The translations under genes and the position numbers were made by a program. Under the pieces are notes generated by a model. It worked only from the letters and a program-made list of their open reading frames with translations, made no database searches and was not told the DNA's origin. From Anaerolineaceae bacterium (GTDB lineage: Bacteria > Chloroflexota > Anaerolineae > Anaerolineales > UBA11657): a DNA stretch of 64,000 bases. The stretch lies in assembly GCA_003569365.1 (NCBI GenBank), contig BGOS01000009.1, positions 6,580 to 70,579 of the forward strand, written 5' to 3'. Below, piece after piece: positions 53,548 to 63,203 of the stretch; position 1 is the stretch's first letter, and each line of letters begins with the position of its first letter.

Positions 53548-54792
53548 ATGATTGCAAGCCGCCCCGTTGATGTTACGGTAGTTCCGGTTTCATTTCGTGA
53601 TCTTGTGCCGGAGATCACTGCTTCAGCTTATCTGACGCACGGGCTGTACTACTACCCCGCCAAATTTATTCCGCACGCGGTGCGCTATTGCCTGCAACAA
53701 TTCACGCAGCCGGGCGATACAGTTGTCGATCCATTTGCGGGCAGCGGCACGGTGGGGTTGGAGGCCTGCCTGTGCGGCCGGCGCGCATTCTTGCTGGACC
53801 TCAACTATCTGCTCGACCATATTATTCCGCTGAAAATTTATCAGGGGCGGCTTGCGCTTTCTCCGGCAGTGTTGGAAGAGCGCCTGCACGCCATTTTTTC
53901 CGGCGGCACAGAGTTCCATCCGCACTGGGACACGATTGGCTACTGGTATGCGCCCGAAATTCTGGCCGGCCTGCAGCGCTTGTGGGGCGCACAAAAGCAG
54001 CTGCCGCACGACACCTACGCGCTGGTGCTGGAGGCGGCGCTGCTCAAGGTGAGCAAGCACTTTTCCTACGCCGAGCACCGCCTGCCCAAACTATTTCGCT
54101 CCAAGAGCAAGCGCCTTTACATCGACGGGCTGCTGCAAGGCGATTGGCAAACGCGCCTGCACCGCCAGCTGCGCACGCAGGCGCAAAATATCCTGGAGGA
54201 CGTAAACGAGCTGGTGGAGAAGTTGAATGGCAGCGTGCCCGCACTTGTGCATCAGGGCGGTGTCGACTCCGGCAGTTATGAGTTCCGGCCTGGCATGGAG
54301 TTTCAGGCGTTGATCAGCTCGCCGCCGTACCTGCAAGCGCAGGAGTACGTGCGCACATTCAAGCTGGACCTGTACTGGCTGGGCTACAAGCAGCGCGATA
54401 TTCAGCGCATCACCGCGCTTGAGATCCCGTACCGCAAAGCATCGCGTATTGTGGAGACGCACACGCTCAACGCAGTGCGCGCACACCTTAGCAGTGCCAA
54501 ACTTTCGGGCATGCTGGATTCTTACTTTTGCCACACGCTCAATGTGTTTGACAATGCGATGGCGCAGCTGGTGCGTGGCGCGCGCGCATGCATCTTCATT
54601 GGCAACCCGCGCGTAGATGGGCTGGAGGTGGAGATCTGGCGCGTCTTCATGGAGTATTTTTCCGACCGTGGCTTCGAGTGCGAGGCGGTGCTTGAGGACC
54701 GCATCAAGGCGCGCCAGTTGTTTAGCGCGCGCAAAAACAAAAATCCAGACGGCATGAAGAGCGAGTTCATGCTTATATTGAGGAAACAATGA
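53548..54792 (+). CDS. SAM-dependent methyltransferase with DPFAGSGT and SPPY motifs (putative orphan N4-cytosine/N6-adenine DNA methyltransferase)
   Basis: 414 aa. The ATG is 3 nt after the upstream stop. YYYPAKFIPHAVRYCLQQFTQPGDTVVDPFAGSGTVGLEA (motif X/I) lies at aa ~33-73. ALISSPPYLQAQEY (motif IV) lies at aa ~255-268. The stop overlaps the next gene's ATG (ATGA). Confidence 0.75.
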   Translation: MIASRPVDVTVVPVSFRDLVPEITASAYLTHGLYYYPAKFIPHAVRYCLQQFTQPGDTVVDPFAGSGTVGLEACLCGRRAFLLDLNYLLDHIIPLKIYQGRLALSPAVLEERLHAIFSGGTEFHPHWDTIGYWYAPEILAGLQRLWGAQKQLPHDTYALVLEAALLKVSKHFSYAEHRLPKLFRSKSKRLYIDGLLQGDWQTRLHRQLRTQAQNILEDVNELVEKLNGSVPALVHQGGVDSGSYEFRPGMEFQALISSPPYLQAQEYVRTFKLDLYWLGYKQRDIQRITALEIPYRKASRIVETHTLNAVRAHLSSAKLSGMLDSYFCHTLNVFDNAMAQLVRGARACIFIGNPRVDGLEVEIWRVFMEYFSDRGFECEAVLEDRIKARQLFSARKNKNPDGMKSEFMLILRKQ

Positions 54793-55682
54793 GCGAAACG
54801 GTTGGCTTTATTGGGATGGGAATCATGGGGCGCGGCATGGCGCTAAACCTGCGGCGCGCCGGCTTTGCGCTGGTGGTTTGGAACCGCACTGCCGGGCGCA
54901 CGGCAGACGTGGAAGCTGCAGGCGCAACCGTGGCCACCAGCCCGGCGCAGGTTGCAGCGCAGTGCGATGTGATCATCACTTGTGTGAGTGACACAGCGGA
55001 TGTGGAGGCGGTGCTGTTGGGAACGGAAGGCGCAGTGCACGGCCTGCGCCGCGGTGCGCTGATTGTGGACATGAGCACCATCAGCCCGCAGGCCACGCGT
55101 GCGATTGGTGCGCAGCTGGCTGCGCATGGTGCCAGCTTGCTCGATGCGCCCGTGAGCGGCGGCTCCGAGGGCGCAGCCAAGGGCACGCTTAGCATCATGG
55201 TCGGCGGCGCGGCAGCGGATGTGGAGCGCGCGCGCCCGATGTTTGCAGCGATGGGCAAGACCATCACGCATGTGGGTGCCTTGGGGTGCGGCCAGATGGT
55301 GAAGCTGGTGAACCAGATACTGGTGGTGGGCAATGCGCTGGCGATGAGCGAGGCGCTGCTGTTTGCGGCAGCCGGCGGGCTGGATCTGGACAAGACGCTG
55401 GCAGCCGTTTCCGGCGGGGCAGCGGGCAGCTGGATGCTCTCCAACCGCGGCCCACAAATTCTAAAGCGCGACTGGCGCCCGGGTTTCTCCATCGACTTGC
55501 AGCAAAAAGATGTGCGCCTTGTGCTGCAGGCTGCGGATGAGCTGGGCGTGCCGCTGCCGGCCACGCACATGGTTGCGCAGTTTTACCGCGTGCTGCAGCT
55601 GCAGGGGCTGGGGCATGAAGGCAACCATGCGCTGATCAAGGCGCTCGAGCGCCTCACCGGTATTACGGTGGGCAGCGCGTAG
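54789..55682 (+). CDS. NAD(P)-dependent 3-hydroxyisobutyrate dehydrogenase-family oxidoreductase
   Basis: 297 aa. VGFIGMGIMGRGMALNLRRAGFALVVWNRT, DAPVSGG, GAGQ-like GCGQMVKLVNQ. Confidence 0.88.
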   Translation: MSETVGFIGMGIMGRGMALNLRRAGFALVVWNRTAGRTADVEAAGATVATSPAQVAAQCDVIITCVSDTADVEAVLLGTEGAVHGLRRGALIVDMSTISPQATRAIGAQLAAHGASLLDAPVSGGSEGAAKGTLSIMVGGAAADVERARPMFAAMGKTITHVGALGCGQMVKLVNQILVVGNALAMSEALLFAAAGGLDLDKTLAAVSGGAAGSWMLSNRGPQILKRDWRPGFSIDLQQKDVRLVLQAADELGVPLPATHMVAQFYRVLQLQGLGHEGNHALIKALERLTGITVGSA

Positions 55683-55698
55683 CGCCAAGGCTGGCAGC

Positions 55699-56664
55699 AT
55701 GCACGCCATCCTCGTCCTGCCGGACCAAGCGCTGCAGTGGGGCGAGTGCCCCGACCTGCAGCCCGCACCGGGCGAAGTGCTGGTGCGCGTGCAAGCCACT
55801 GCGCTCAACCGCGCGGACTTGATGCAGCGCGCTGGCCACTATCCGCCGCCGGCCGGTGCATCAGAAGTGCTGGGGCTGGAGATGGCCGGCCGCATTGTTG
55901 GCGTGGGTGCCGGGGTTACTGCTTGGGGCGCCGGCCAGGATGTGTGTGCGCTGCTGCCGGGTGGCGGCTACGCAAGCCTCGCTAGTGTGCCGGCGGACAT
56001 GCTGCTGCCCATGCCGCCCGGTTGGAGTTATGCACAGGCAGCAGCGCTGCCGGAAGCTGCCCTGACCGCATTTGTAAACCTGTATGTGGAGGCTGCACTG
56101 CAGCCAGCTGAGACCGTGCTGGTGCATGCCGGTGCAAGCGGAGTCGGCACGGCTGCCATCCAGCTTTGCAAGGCCAGCGGCAATGCGGTGTACGCCACCG
56201 TGGGCAGCGCGCAAAAAGCAGCGCACTGCCTTGCCGTGGGTGCGCTGCAGGCGCTTGACCACCACACGCTGGATTTCGCAGCCGAACTTTTGCGCACCGC
56301 AGGTGCAGTGGACGTAATTTTGGATCCGGTGGGCGCCGGCTACTTTGAGCGCAACCTGCAATTGCTGCGCGTGCGCGGCCGTTTGGTTTTGATCTCCACA
56401 TTGAGCGGTGCGCAGGCAGCGCTGGACTTGCGCGTGCTGATGGGCAAGCGCCTGCGCGTGATCGGGTCTGTGCTGCGCAGCCGGACGCTGGCTGAGAAGG
56501 TGGCGATCACGCGCGCATTTGTGGAGCGCTTCTGGCCGGCGGTGGTGGATGGCAGGCTGCTGCCCGTGATTGACTCAGAGTTTGCAATCACGGAGGCAGC
56601 GGCGGCGCACGCCCGCATGGCAGCCAACCTCAACATCGGCAAGATTGTGCTGCACATGCCGTGA
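55699..56664 (+). CDS. NADPH:quinone oxidoreductase (MDR superfamily)
   Basis: 321 aa. ALNRADLMQRAGHYPPP, VLVHAGASGVGTAAIQL, GKIVL at the C-terminus. Confidence 0.88.
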   Translation: MHAILVLPDQALQWGECPDLQPAPGEVLVRVQATALNRADLMQRAGHYPPPAGASEVLGLEMAGRIVGVGAGVTAWGAGQDVCALLPGGGYASLASVPADMLLPMPPGWSYAQAAALPEAALTAFVNLYVEAALQPAETVLVHAGASGVGTAAIQLCKASGNAVYATVGSAQKAAHCLAVGALQALDHHTLDFAAELLRTAGAVDVILDPVGAGYFERNLQLLRVRGRLVLISTLSGAQAALDLRVLMGKRLRVIGSVLRSRTLAEKVAITRAFVERFWPAVVDGRLLPVIDSEFAITEAAAAHARMAANLNIGKIVLHMP

Positions 56665-56708
56665 ACCGCGCTGTGCTGCCTGCGCCTAAATCTTTTTTCG
56701 CTGCCTGA

Positions 56709-58568
56709 ATGTTGATGCGCGAGGCTGCTGCAATGGCTGCACCCGGCCAGCAGCAACGCACGCTGGCTGTGTGCGCTGCGCTTGTGCTGCTGGCATTTGC
56801 GCTGCGCGTGGCGGGCATGCAGCGCCAGGACTTGTGGGGCGATGAGGCCTTTAGCGTGCGCTTCAGCGCGCAGGCGCTGCCCCAAATTGTGCGGCCGGGC
56901 GTAGAGACACATCCGCCGCTTTACCACGCCCTGCTGCATTACTGGATGGCAGTGGCCGGCAACCGGCCACTGGCCGTGCGCTACCTCTCTGTGCTCACAG
57001 GAACGCTGCTGGTGGCCACATGCTGCAAGTTGGGCCGCAGTCTTTTTCTGCGCCCGGTTGGCGTCACAACCGCAGCCATTGCTTCGGTTTCTGCGTTTGG
57101 CATTTACTACAGCCAGGAAGCGCGCATGTATGCACTGGCTGCATTGTTGTGCGCGCTGGCGACGCTGCTACTGCTGCGCCTTCAGGCCCGGCCGCGGCAA
57201 ACCGGGCGCCTGTGGACCTGGCTGCTGGCGGTGACGCTGGCGCTGTTTACACACTACTACTGTGCGCTGGTGTGGCTGGCGCATTTGTTTTTGCTGGCAG
57301 CAAGACGCAGCCTGCGCAGCCGGCTGTGGCTGGGCATACTGCCCGGTGCCGCGCTGGCGGTGTGGGTGCTCGCACAGCGCGCGTTTTTAGGCGAGCGCGC
57401 CGGACTGCGCTGGCAGGCGTGGGATTGGGCGGGCAGCCGCGCCATCTGGCTGGATGCACCGCGCGCACTGCTGGCCGGCGCCACCCTGCCGCCCGCCCAA
57501 GCGTGGCCCGCTTACGGGTTGCTTGCCGTTGCACTTTGGGGCGTGTGGCAGGTGCGGCACACCACACAACGCTGGCTGGCTTTATGCGTGCTGCTGCCGC
57601 TGCTGGGTGCATGGCTGCTGGCGCCGGTCATGCCGTTCTTTAATGTGCGCTTCTTGATTGTGGCGCTGCCCGCGTTCTGGGTACTGCTGGCTGCCGGCGT
57701 GCAGGCGGCGCCGCGCGGGCTGCGGCCGCTGTTGCTGGCTGCAGTGCTGTGCATTAATCTACTTGGGCTCTATCACTATCACTTCACCGCTGCGTTTGCC
57801 AAAGGCGGCTATGGGCGGCTGCTGGATACCGTGCGCGCGCAGGCGCAGGCGGGAGATGGATTGCTGCTGGCCCACAGCGCACAATCCGCATTGTATGAAT
57901 ATTACGGCCCGGTTGCGCTGCCGCTTTACAAGCTGGCGTGGGATTTTCCGTGGACGGATGCGCGCAGCACTGCGCTGCTGGATACGGCGGCCAACGCGCA
58001 CACGCGCCTGTGGCTGCTGAGCTTTGGCGACGCGCAAGCGTATGACCCGCAGCGCAGCTTTCAGCAGGGCTTGAGCCAGCGCGCATTTCTGGCGTGGCAT
58101 GGCGACTTTACGGATGCAACGCTGGATTTATTTGTGCGCGGCGATACGCGGCCAAACCGGGCCCGGTCCGCCACTTTTGCCGGCCAGCTGCGGCTGGATG
58201 CGTTTGGCCTGAGTGCCGACCAGCTGCCCGCCGGCAGCAGCTTGCAAGTGGCAACCCGCTGGCAGGCGCTGGCGGCGCCGGCTGCGAACTACACACTGTT
58301 CACGCATCTCCTTGGCGCGGACGGCAGCCTTGTTGCCCAAGTGGACGGGCAGCCGCAAGGCGGCTTGCGGCCCACCGGCAGCTGGCCGGTGGGCGCGCAG
58401 ATTACCGAGCGCGTGGCGCTGCAACTGCCGCGCACAATGCAACCCGGCAGCTATGCCGTGCAGGTGGGTTGGTACCGGCTGGATACGCTGCAGCGCCTGG
58501 CCGTGGACGGCAGCGGCGGGCTGCAGAACAGTGTGGAGCTGGGCAGTGTGGTGGTGACGGCACCATAG
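56709..58568 (+). CDS. GT-C fold glycosyltransferase (family 39/83-like), paralog of 28381..30312
   Basis: 619 aa. QDLWGDEAFSV...ETHPPLYHALLHYW...VRYLSVLTGTLLVATCCKLGRSLF. Many TM segments. The C-terminal ~150-aa soluble domain is similar in pattern to the other paralog. Confidence 0.8.
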   Translation: MLMREAAAMAAPGQQQRTLAVCAALVLLAFALRVAGMQRQDLWGDEAFSVRFSAQALPQIVRPGVETHPPLYHALLHYWMAVAGNRPLAVRYLSVLTGTLLVATCCKLGRSLFLRPVGVTTAAIASVSAFGIYYSQEARMYALAALLCALATLLLLRLQARPRQTGRLWTWLLAVTLALFTHYYCALVWLAHLFLLAARRSLRSRLWLGILPGAALAVWVLAQRAFLGERAGLRWQAWDWAGSRAIWLDAPRALLAGATLPPAQAWPAYGLLAVALWGVWQVRHTTQRWLALCVLLPLLGAWLLAPVMPFFNVRFLIVALPAFWVLLAAGVQAAPRGLRPLLLAAVLCINLLGLYHYHFTAAFAKGGYGRLLDTVRAQAQAGDGLLLAHSAQSALYEYYGPVALPLYKLAWDFPWTDARSTALLDTAANAHTRLWLLSFGDAQAYDPQRSFQQGLSQRAFLAWHGDFTDATLDLFVRGDTRPNRARSATFAGQLRLDAFGLSADQLPAGSSLQVATRWQALAAPAANYTLFTHLLGADGSLVAQVDGQPQGGLRPTGSWPVGAQITERVALQLPRTMQPGSYAVQVGWYRLDTLQRLAVDGSGGLQNSVELGSVVVTAP

Positions 58569-58592
58569 CGCCGCCGCAAGCAGCGGAGCGTT

Positions 58593-60254
58593 TTAGCTGG
58601 CTGGTACCGGGTACAGCACGCTGTCGATTACGTGGATTACACCGTTGGTGCAGGCGATATCTGCCTGCGTGACGCTGGCGGCGCCATAGTAAACCTTGGT
58701 GCCGTCTTTGCGCGCCGTAACTGCCACACCCGCCAGCGAGGTTACGCTTTGGGATGCTGTAATACCGGAAGTGCTCAGGCTTACACCAAGTGTGTGGTAC
58801 TTCAGCAAGCGGGCTAAGCCGGTTGTATCCAGCAGCAGAAAATCGAGTGCGCCGTTTGGCATGCCGCTGAAAGCGGTGTTGGTGGGTGCAAACAGCGTAT
58901 AGGTGCCCGTGCTTAGTGTGGGCGCGAGCCCGGCTTTCTCCAGCGCGTTGATTAAAGTGGAGAAGCGCGTGGTGTCGGCGCGCAGCGTGGACATGATATC
59001 TGTGGTTGCGCCGGCGGTGGGGCTGGGCGTGGGCGTTGTTCCCGCTGCGGGCGAGGCTGCGGGCGAGGGAGCAGCGGTTGGTGTGGTGCTCCCCGCCAAC
59101 GTGGCAGTGCCAGACACGGCCGCAGTGGGGCTAACCACAACTGTGGCGCTGGCAGCCAGCGTAGCGCTGGGAACGGAGGTGGCTACCACCGTGGCGGATG
59201 CAGCCGCGATCGATGTAGGTGCAGCCGTTGCTGCAGCTGCGCTTGTCGGTGTAGCTGCGGGTTGTTCGGTTGCCGCAATTGTGGCCGTCGGGACTGCAGT
59301 TGGCATCAGTGCGCGCACCGCTGCGCTGGATGATGGCAATACTTCAAGCCAGATCGGCAGCGCATCGAGCTCGACGGGTGTTCCCTCGGGCGTAAGCAGC
59401 CCGTCCTTTGTGATGATGTAGGTTCGGCCGCCTTCCAGCAGGTACTCTTGCTGCTTGATGCGCAAAATTCCCTTGCTGTCAAGCAGTGTGATGGTCATGC
59501 GCGCGGGCTCGGCGGGCGCTGCCGCAGCGGGTTCTGTGAGCCCATCCGCAGCAGCTGCTTCCGGTGTGGCTTCAACTGGCGCATCGTGGCCGGCAGCTGC
59601 TGGCGCTGCGTGGCCACCCTCCGCCGCAGCGCCAGCGTCGTGCCCGCTCTTTTCTCCGGTAAGGACCGCGAGATCGACGGCGTCTTCCGCCAGCCCGCCC
59701 AGCTGCAGGCTGGCATTAAATTCTTTAAGTGTTTTGGCGTCATAGCTGACGCGCATTGCCGAGGCGCGGATTTCCACCAAGGCGAGCGGCGTTTGCACCT
59801 GCAGCGTGCCTTCGGACAGGGCTACGAACACCTCACCCGTTAGCAGTGTGAGCAGCGTGAATTTTTCTTTGATGCTGGCCGGCAGTTGGGTGACGCCTAC
59901 CAGGCTGTCGGGGGCCACATACAGCTCGCCTTCATCGGAGACGGCGAAGCGCGCAGCGCTGCCCGCCACGGTGTGCACCAGCCCGCCCATGCGCAACAGC
60001 TGGTCCTTTTGGGCGGCCGCCAGCCGGATGCCGGGCCCCGGGCTCACCTTTGGGTGCAGCGTAAAGTTCACGACGCGAAGTCTGCGTTCGAGAATTTGGG
60101 TGGCGGTGGGCGCGACCACAACGGTGGGCTGGAAGATACGGTAGCGCGCCGCTGCCATGTATCCGGTGAAGCTGATGATCATGACCGCCAGGCCAATTGC
60201 AACTGCGACACCAAATGCGGATAAAACCAGAGCGGCCGGGTTGGCGTTGCGCAT
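58593..60254 (-). CDS. membrane-anchored FecR-like / fasciclin (FAS1) domain surface protein
   Basis: 553 aa. N-terminal TM and a FecR-like segment (HTVAGSAARFAVSDEGELYV...EVFVALSEGTLQVQTPLALVEIRASAMRV). A long Ala/Thr/Pro linker follows. C-terminal FAS1: TYTLFAPTNTAFSGMP, LLKYHTLG, NGVIHVIDSVL. Confidence 0.85.
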   Translation of the reverse strand: MRNANPAALVLSAFGVAVAIGLAVMIISFTGYMAAARYRIFQPTVVVAPTATQILERRLRVVNFTLHPKVSPGPGIRLAAAQKDQLLRMGGLVHTVAGSAARFAVSDEGELYVAPDSLVGVTQLPASIKEKFTLLTLLTGEVFVALSEGTLQVQTPLALVEIRASAMRVSYDAKTLKEFNASLQLGGLAEDAVDLAVLTGEKSGHDAGAAAEGGHAAPAAAGHDAPVEATPEAAAADGLTEPAAAAPAEPARMTITLLDSKGILRIKQQEYLLEGGRTYIITKDGLLTPEGTPVELDALPIWLEVLPSSSAAVRALMPTAVPTATIAATEQPAATPTSAAAATAAPTSIAAASATVVATSVPSATLAASATVVVSPTAAVSGTATLAGSTTPTAAPSPAASPAAGTTPTPSPTAGATTDIMSTLRADTTRFSTLINALEKAGLAPTLSTGTYTLFAPTNTAFSGMPNGALDFLLLDTTGLARLLKYHTLGVSLSTSGITASQSVTSLAGVAVTARKDGTKVYYGAASVTQADIACTNGVIHVIDSVLYPVPAS

Positions 60255-60692
60255 TTTTATAAACCGACAAGGGGCGACGGCAGTATATCAGGATTGAAGC
60301 GCATGGCGATTTATGCGCAGTTGGGGTGGAGGGAGGGCCGGTGCGCTCGACGCGCGGGTGCTGCGCCCCAAAAACCTTAGATTCCAGTAATTATTTGGGG
60401 ACTAGAGTTTTGCATTGCGCTGCTGACGGCACGCAATTATTTACGCAATCTTGGCGCCCGGCTGGGGACGCGCGCGATGGAGTGACAATTCTGTACAGCC
60501 TGGCAAAGCAGCTGCTACGCGCAAGTGGCGGTAAATCTTACCGGTCGTAACTTTATGGTGAGGCGCTGGAAGTGAGTGGGCACGGCCGATCCGCTAGTTG
60601 CACGAGCCCGGAAATTTTTGCAACTGTGTGGACGCGCACAGCGCGTGAAGCTGCGGCGCTAAACTGCCCACAGTGCAGCTGCGCGCTGCGCT

Positions 60693-62087
60693 TTACGCTG
60701 CTCTATCACCCCCCAGTATTTTTCCCGGGTTCAAAATATCGTTGGAGTCGAAGAGTGTTTTGATGCGGCGCATTAAGTCCAGGGTGGGTGCGCCGTGTTC
60801 GCGCAGCATGTACTTTTGTTTGCCAATGCCCACGCCGTGCTCGCCGGTGCACGTACCGCCTAGCGCAAGTGCTTTCTCCACCAGGCGGTCGTTGACCATG
60901 CGCTCCAGTTGTGCGCGGTCGGCAGCATCATCTGCAAAGCAAATGTGCGAGTGCAAGTTGCCGTCCCCGGCGTGGCCAAACAAGTAGCCGCTCACGCCTT
61001 CCAGTTGCGCAAGGATTGCGGTGCCCTCAGCCACAAGCGCTGCATATTGCGAGATCGGCACGGCCACATCCGTAATCAGATAGCCTTGGCCGGGATGGAT
61101 GCGCTTGAATAGCTCGCCCAGCCCATGGCGCGCGGCCCACAGCCGGTCACGGGCGGCGCGCCCCACACCGGATTGAAAGCTGCTGCACTGCAGCTCGCGG
61201 CAAATTTCCTCCACCATGCCCAACTCCGCAGCCAGCGTGGCCTCGCTGGCTGCATGAAATTCCACAAACAGAGTTGGTGATGGATGCAGCCCGAGCGCGT
61301 CGGCATTGTTGATTGCGGTGACTGTGGCCGTGTCCAGCAACTCCAGCGCAGCGGGGTTAAGCCCGGAGCCCATAATTCCGAACACTGCTTGCGCGGCTTC
61401 GTTGGTGGTTGGAAAGGCTGCCACCACCGCACTAAAGTGTTCGGGCAGCGGAGCGAGGCGCAGCGTGGCCTCGGTTACAAGCGCCAGCGTGCCCTCTGAG
61501 CCCACCAAGAGGCGCGTGAGGTCATAACCCGCGGACTGTTTTGTGGAGCGGCAGCCGGTGCGCAGTATCTGGCCGTCTGCCAGCACAACTTCAAGCGCCA
61601 GCACATTGTCGCGTGTGGCACCATACTTTACGGTGCGCGTGCCGGCCGCATTGTTTGCAACCATGCCGCCAATGCTGGCGTTGGCGCCGGGATCCGGCGC
61701 AAAGAACAACCCGCTTTTGGCAAGCGCCTTGTTCATATCTTTATAAAAGATGCCGGGCTGCACAACCACCTGAAAATCCGCCGCGTGCAGCGCGAGCACG
61801 CGATTCATGTGCGTGAAGTCCATAACGATGCCGCCGTGCACTGGAATGGAATTGCCCTCCAAGCTGCTGCCAGCGCCCCATGCGGTAATGCCAATGCGCT
61901 GCCGGTTGGCAAGGGCTGCAATGCTGCTGACTTCGGCGGTTGTCTCCGGCCACACCACCGCATCCGGCTGGTGCGCCGCATGTGAAGACTGGTCTTGGCT
62001 GTGCTGGTCCAGGTGCGCTGGCGCAGCCGAGGCACGCTGCGCACTGGTCAGCGCCTGCAGCTCGGCAATCAGAGCTTCACGATTCAT
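60693..62087 (-). CDS. FAD-linked oxidase (GlcD / D-lactate dehydrogenase family)
   Basis: I prefer ATG 62087 (MNREALIAELQAL...) over the ORF-track TTG 62141. FAD_binding_4 pattern: ITAWGAGSSLEGNSIPVHGGIVMDFTHMNRVL. C-terminal GTCTGEHGVGIGK. Confidence 0.88.
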   Translation of the reverse strand: MNREALIAELQALTSAQRASAAPAHLDQHSQDQSSHAAHQPDAVVWPETTAEVSSIAALANRQRIGITAWGAGSSLEGNSIPVHGGIVMDFTHMNRVLALHAADFQVVVQPGIFYKDMNKALAKSGLFFAPDPGANASIGGMVANNAAGTRTVKYGATRDNVLALEVVLADGQILRTGCRSTKQSAGYDLTRLLVGSEGTLALVTEATLRLAPLPEHFSAVVAAFPTTNEAAQAVFGIMGSGLNPAALELLDTATVTAINNADALGLHPSPTLFVEFHAASEATLAAELGMVEEICRELQCSSFQSGVGRAARDRLWAARHGLGELFKRIHPGQGYLITDVAVPISQYAALVAEGTAILAQLEGVSGYLFGHAGDGNLHSHICFADDAADRAQLERMVNDRLVEKALALGGTCTGEHGVGIGKQKYMLREHGAPTLDLMRRIKTLFDSNDILNPGKILGGDRAA

Positions 62088-62141
62088 TTTTGTTGCACGG
62101 AGATTGGCAGGCTGCGCAATGGCTGCGCTATGCGTGCGCAA

Positions 62142-63203
62142 TCACTCAAGTGCCTGAAAGCCACGCCCGAGAATTTCCTGCGCGGGCGACACAATTATGA
62201 AGGCGTTGGGGTCGGCAGCGCGCACCAGCGCTTTGAGGTGCGCCAGCTCTGTGGTGGTTACAGCCACCATCAGCACTTCGCGCTCCTGCTGCGCGTACAT
62301 ACCCATGCCGTGCAACGCCGTGACACCGCGGCGCATGTCCGCATGCACCCGGTCCGCAATTTCGCGCGGCTTGCTGGAAATTATCAGCGCCAGCAGCTGC
62401 TGGCGTTTGCGGCCGCTGCGCGCTGCAGCGCGTGGCGCCTGGGCAACGCCTTCGGGCACTTCCATCGAGCGCCACAGCGAGCTGAGTAGCGGAAATTCCC
62501 CCCACTTGGGCAGCACCTCACCAGTGGACTGGCTGAGCCCCGCAGTGACCAGGCCCAGCGCGAGGAGCGCTGCGTTGTAGGAAAATCCAATTGTCAGCAT
62601 CACCCAGCCGGGGATGGGGCCGATTGCGGAGCGCTGCATGAACTCCGCCCAGCTGGCGGCCGGCAGCGGATGCAAAAATGACTTGAGCATCCAGGCAGCC
62701 AGCAGAACGAGGAAGATCCACAAATAGTTGCGGCGATAGCGGCGCCCGAACGCCTCCCACATGCTGATGGGAAAGTCCGGCTGCAACAGGCTTTCGGCCA
62801 GGCTCTCGGCCCAGTCCGGGCTGGGCGCAAACGGCGGCACGAGCATGGCGGCAAAAAAATCTGTCTCCATCAGGCGCACGCGATGGCTCCACAACTCGTA
62901 GTAGCGGTAGCGCCGTGCCTCAATCCAAACAAACAGCGTCACGAGCAGAGTGTCCAGGAGGATCAGGCCGTAGTGATGGCTGGGGTCGGCCAGCACAAAT
63001 GAGATCGCCGCGCCAGCCGCCACCACCGCCCAGTTGGTGGTGTTGTCCAGCCGCAGGCGCCAGGTGTTGGAGCGCTGGATCTCGGCGCGATAGTAGTGCA
63101 CCATGGCGGTGTTGAACTCCGCGGGGCGCATCTGGTAGCCGCGGAAGGTCCAAACCGGATCGCCATCCGGCGCCTCTGATGGTGGTGCGTCCTCAGTCGT
63201 CAA
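62142..63203 (-). CDS. membrane protein fusing a DUF2270-like domain to a DUF2179-like C-terminal domain
   Basis: 353 aa with a TTG start. N-terminal half: HYYRAEIQRSNTWRLRLDNTTNWAV...WIEARRYRYYELWSHRVRLME. C-terminal ~90 aa: ALIISSKPREIADRVHADMRRGVTALHGMGMYAQQEREVLMVAVTTTELAHLKALVRAADPNAFIIVSPAQEILGRGF. Family names are from memory. Confidence 0.7.
   Translation of the reverse strand: MTTEDAPPSEAPDGDPVWTFRGYQMRPAEFNTAMVHYYRAEIQRSNTWRLRLDNTTNWAVVAAGAAISFVLADPSHHYGLILLDTLLVTLFVWIEARRYRYYELWSHRVRLMETDFFAAMLVPPFAPSPDWAESLAESLLQPDFPISMWEAFGRRYRRNYLWIFLVLLAAWMLKSFLHPLPAASWAEFMQRSAIGPIPGWVMLTIGFSYNAALLALGLVTAGLSQSTGEVLPKWGEFPLLSSLWRSMEVPEGVAQAPRAAARSGRKRQQLLALIISSKPREIADRVHADMRRGVTALHGMGMYAQQEREVLMVAVTTTELAHLKALVRAADPNAFIIVSPAQEILGRGFQALE

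Noticed and set aside
53548-54792. Restriction-modification or other defence system around the methyltransferase
   Set aside because: The neighbouring genes are a polytopic membrane protein and two ordinary oxidoreductases. I saw no endonuclease (PD-(D/E)xK, HNH), specificity subunit, helicase or ATPase gene. I therefore treated it as an orphan methyltransferase.
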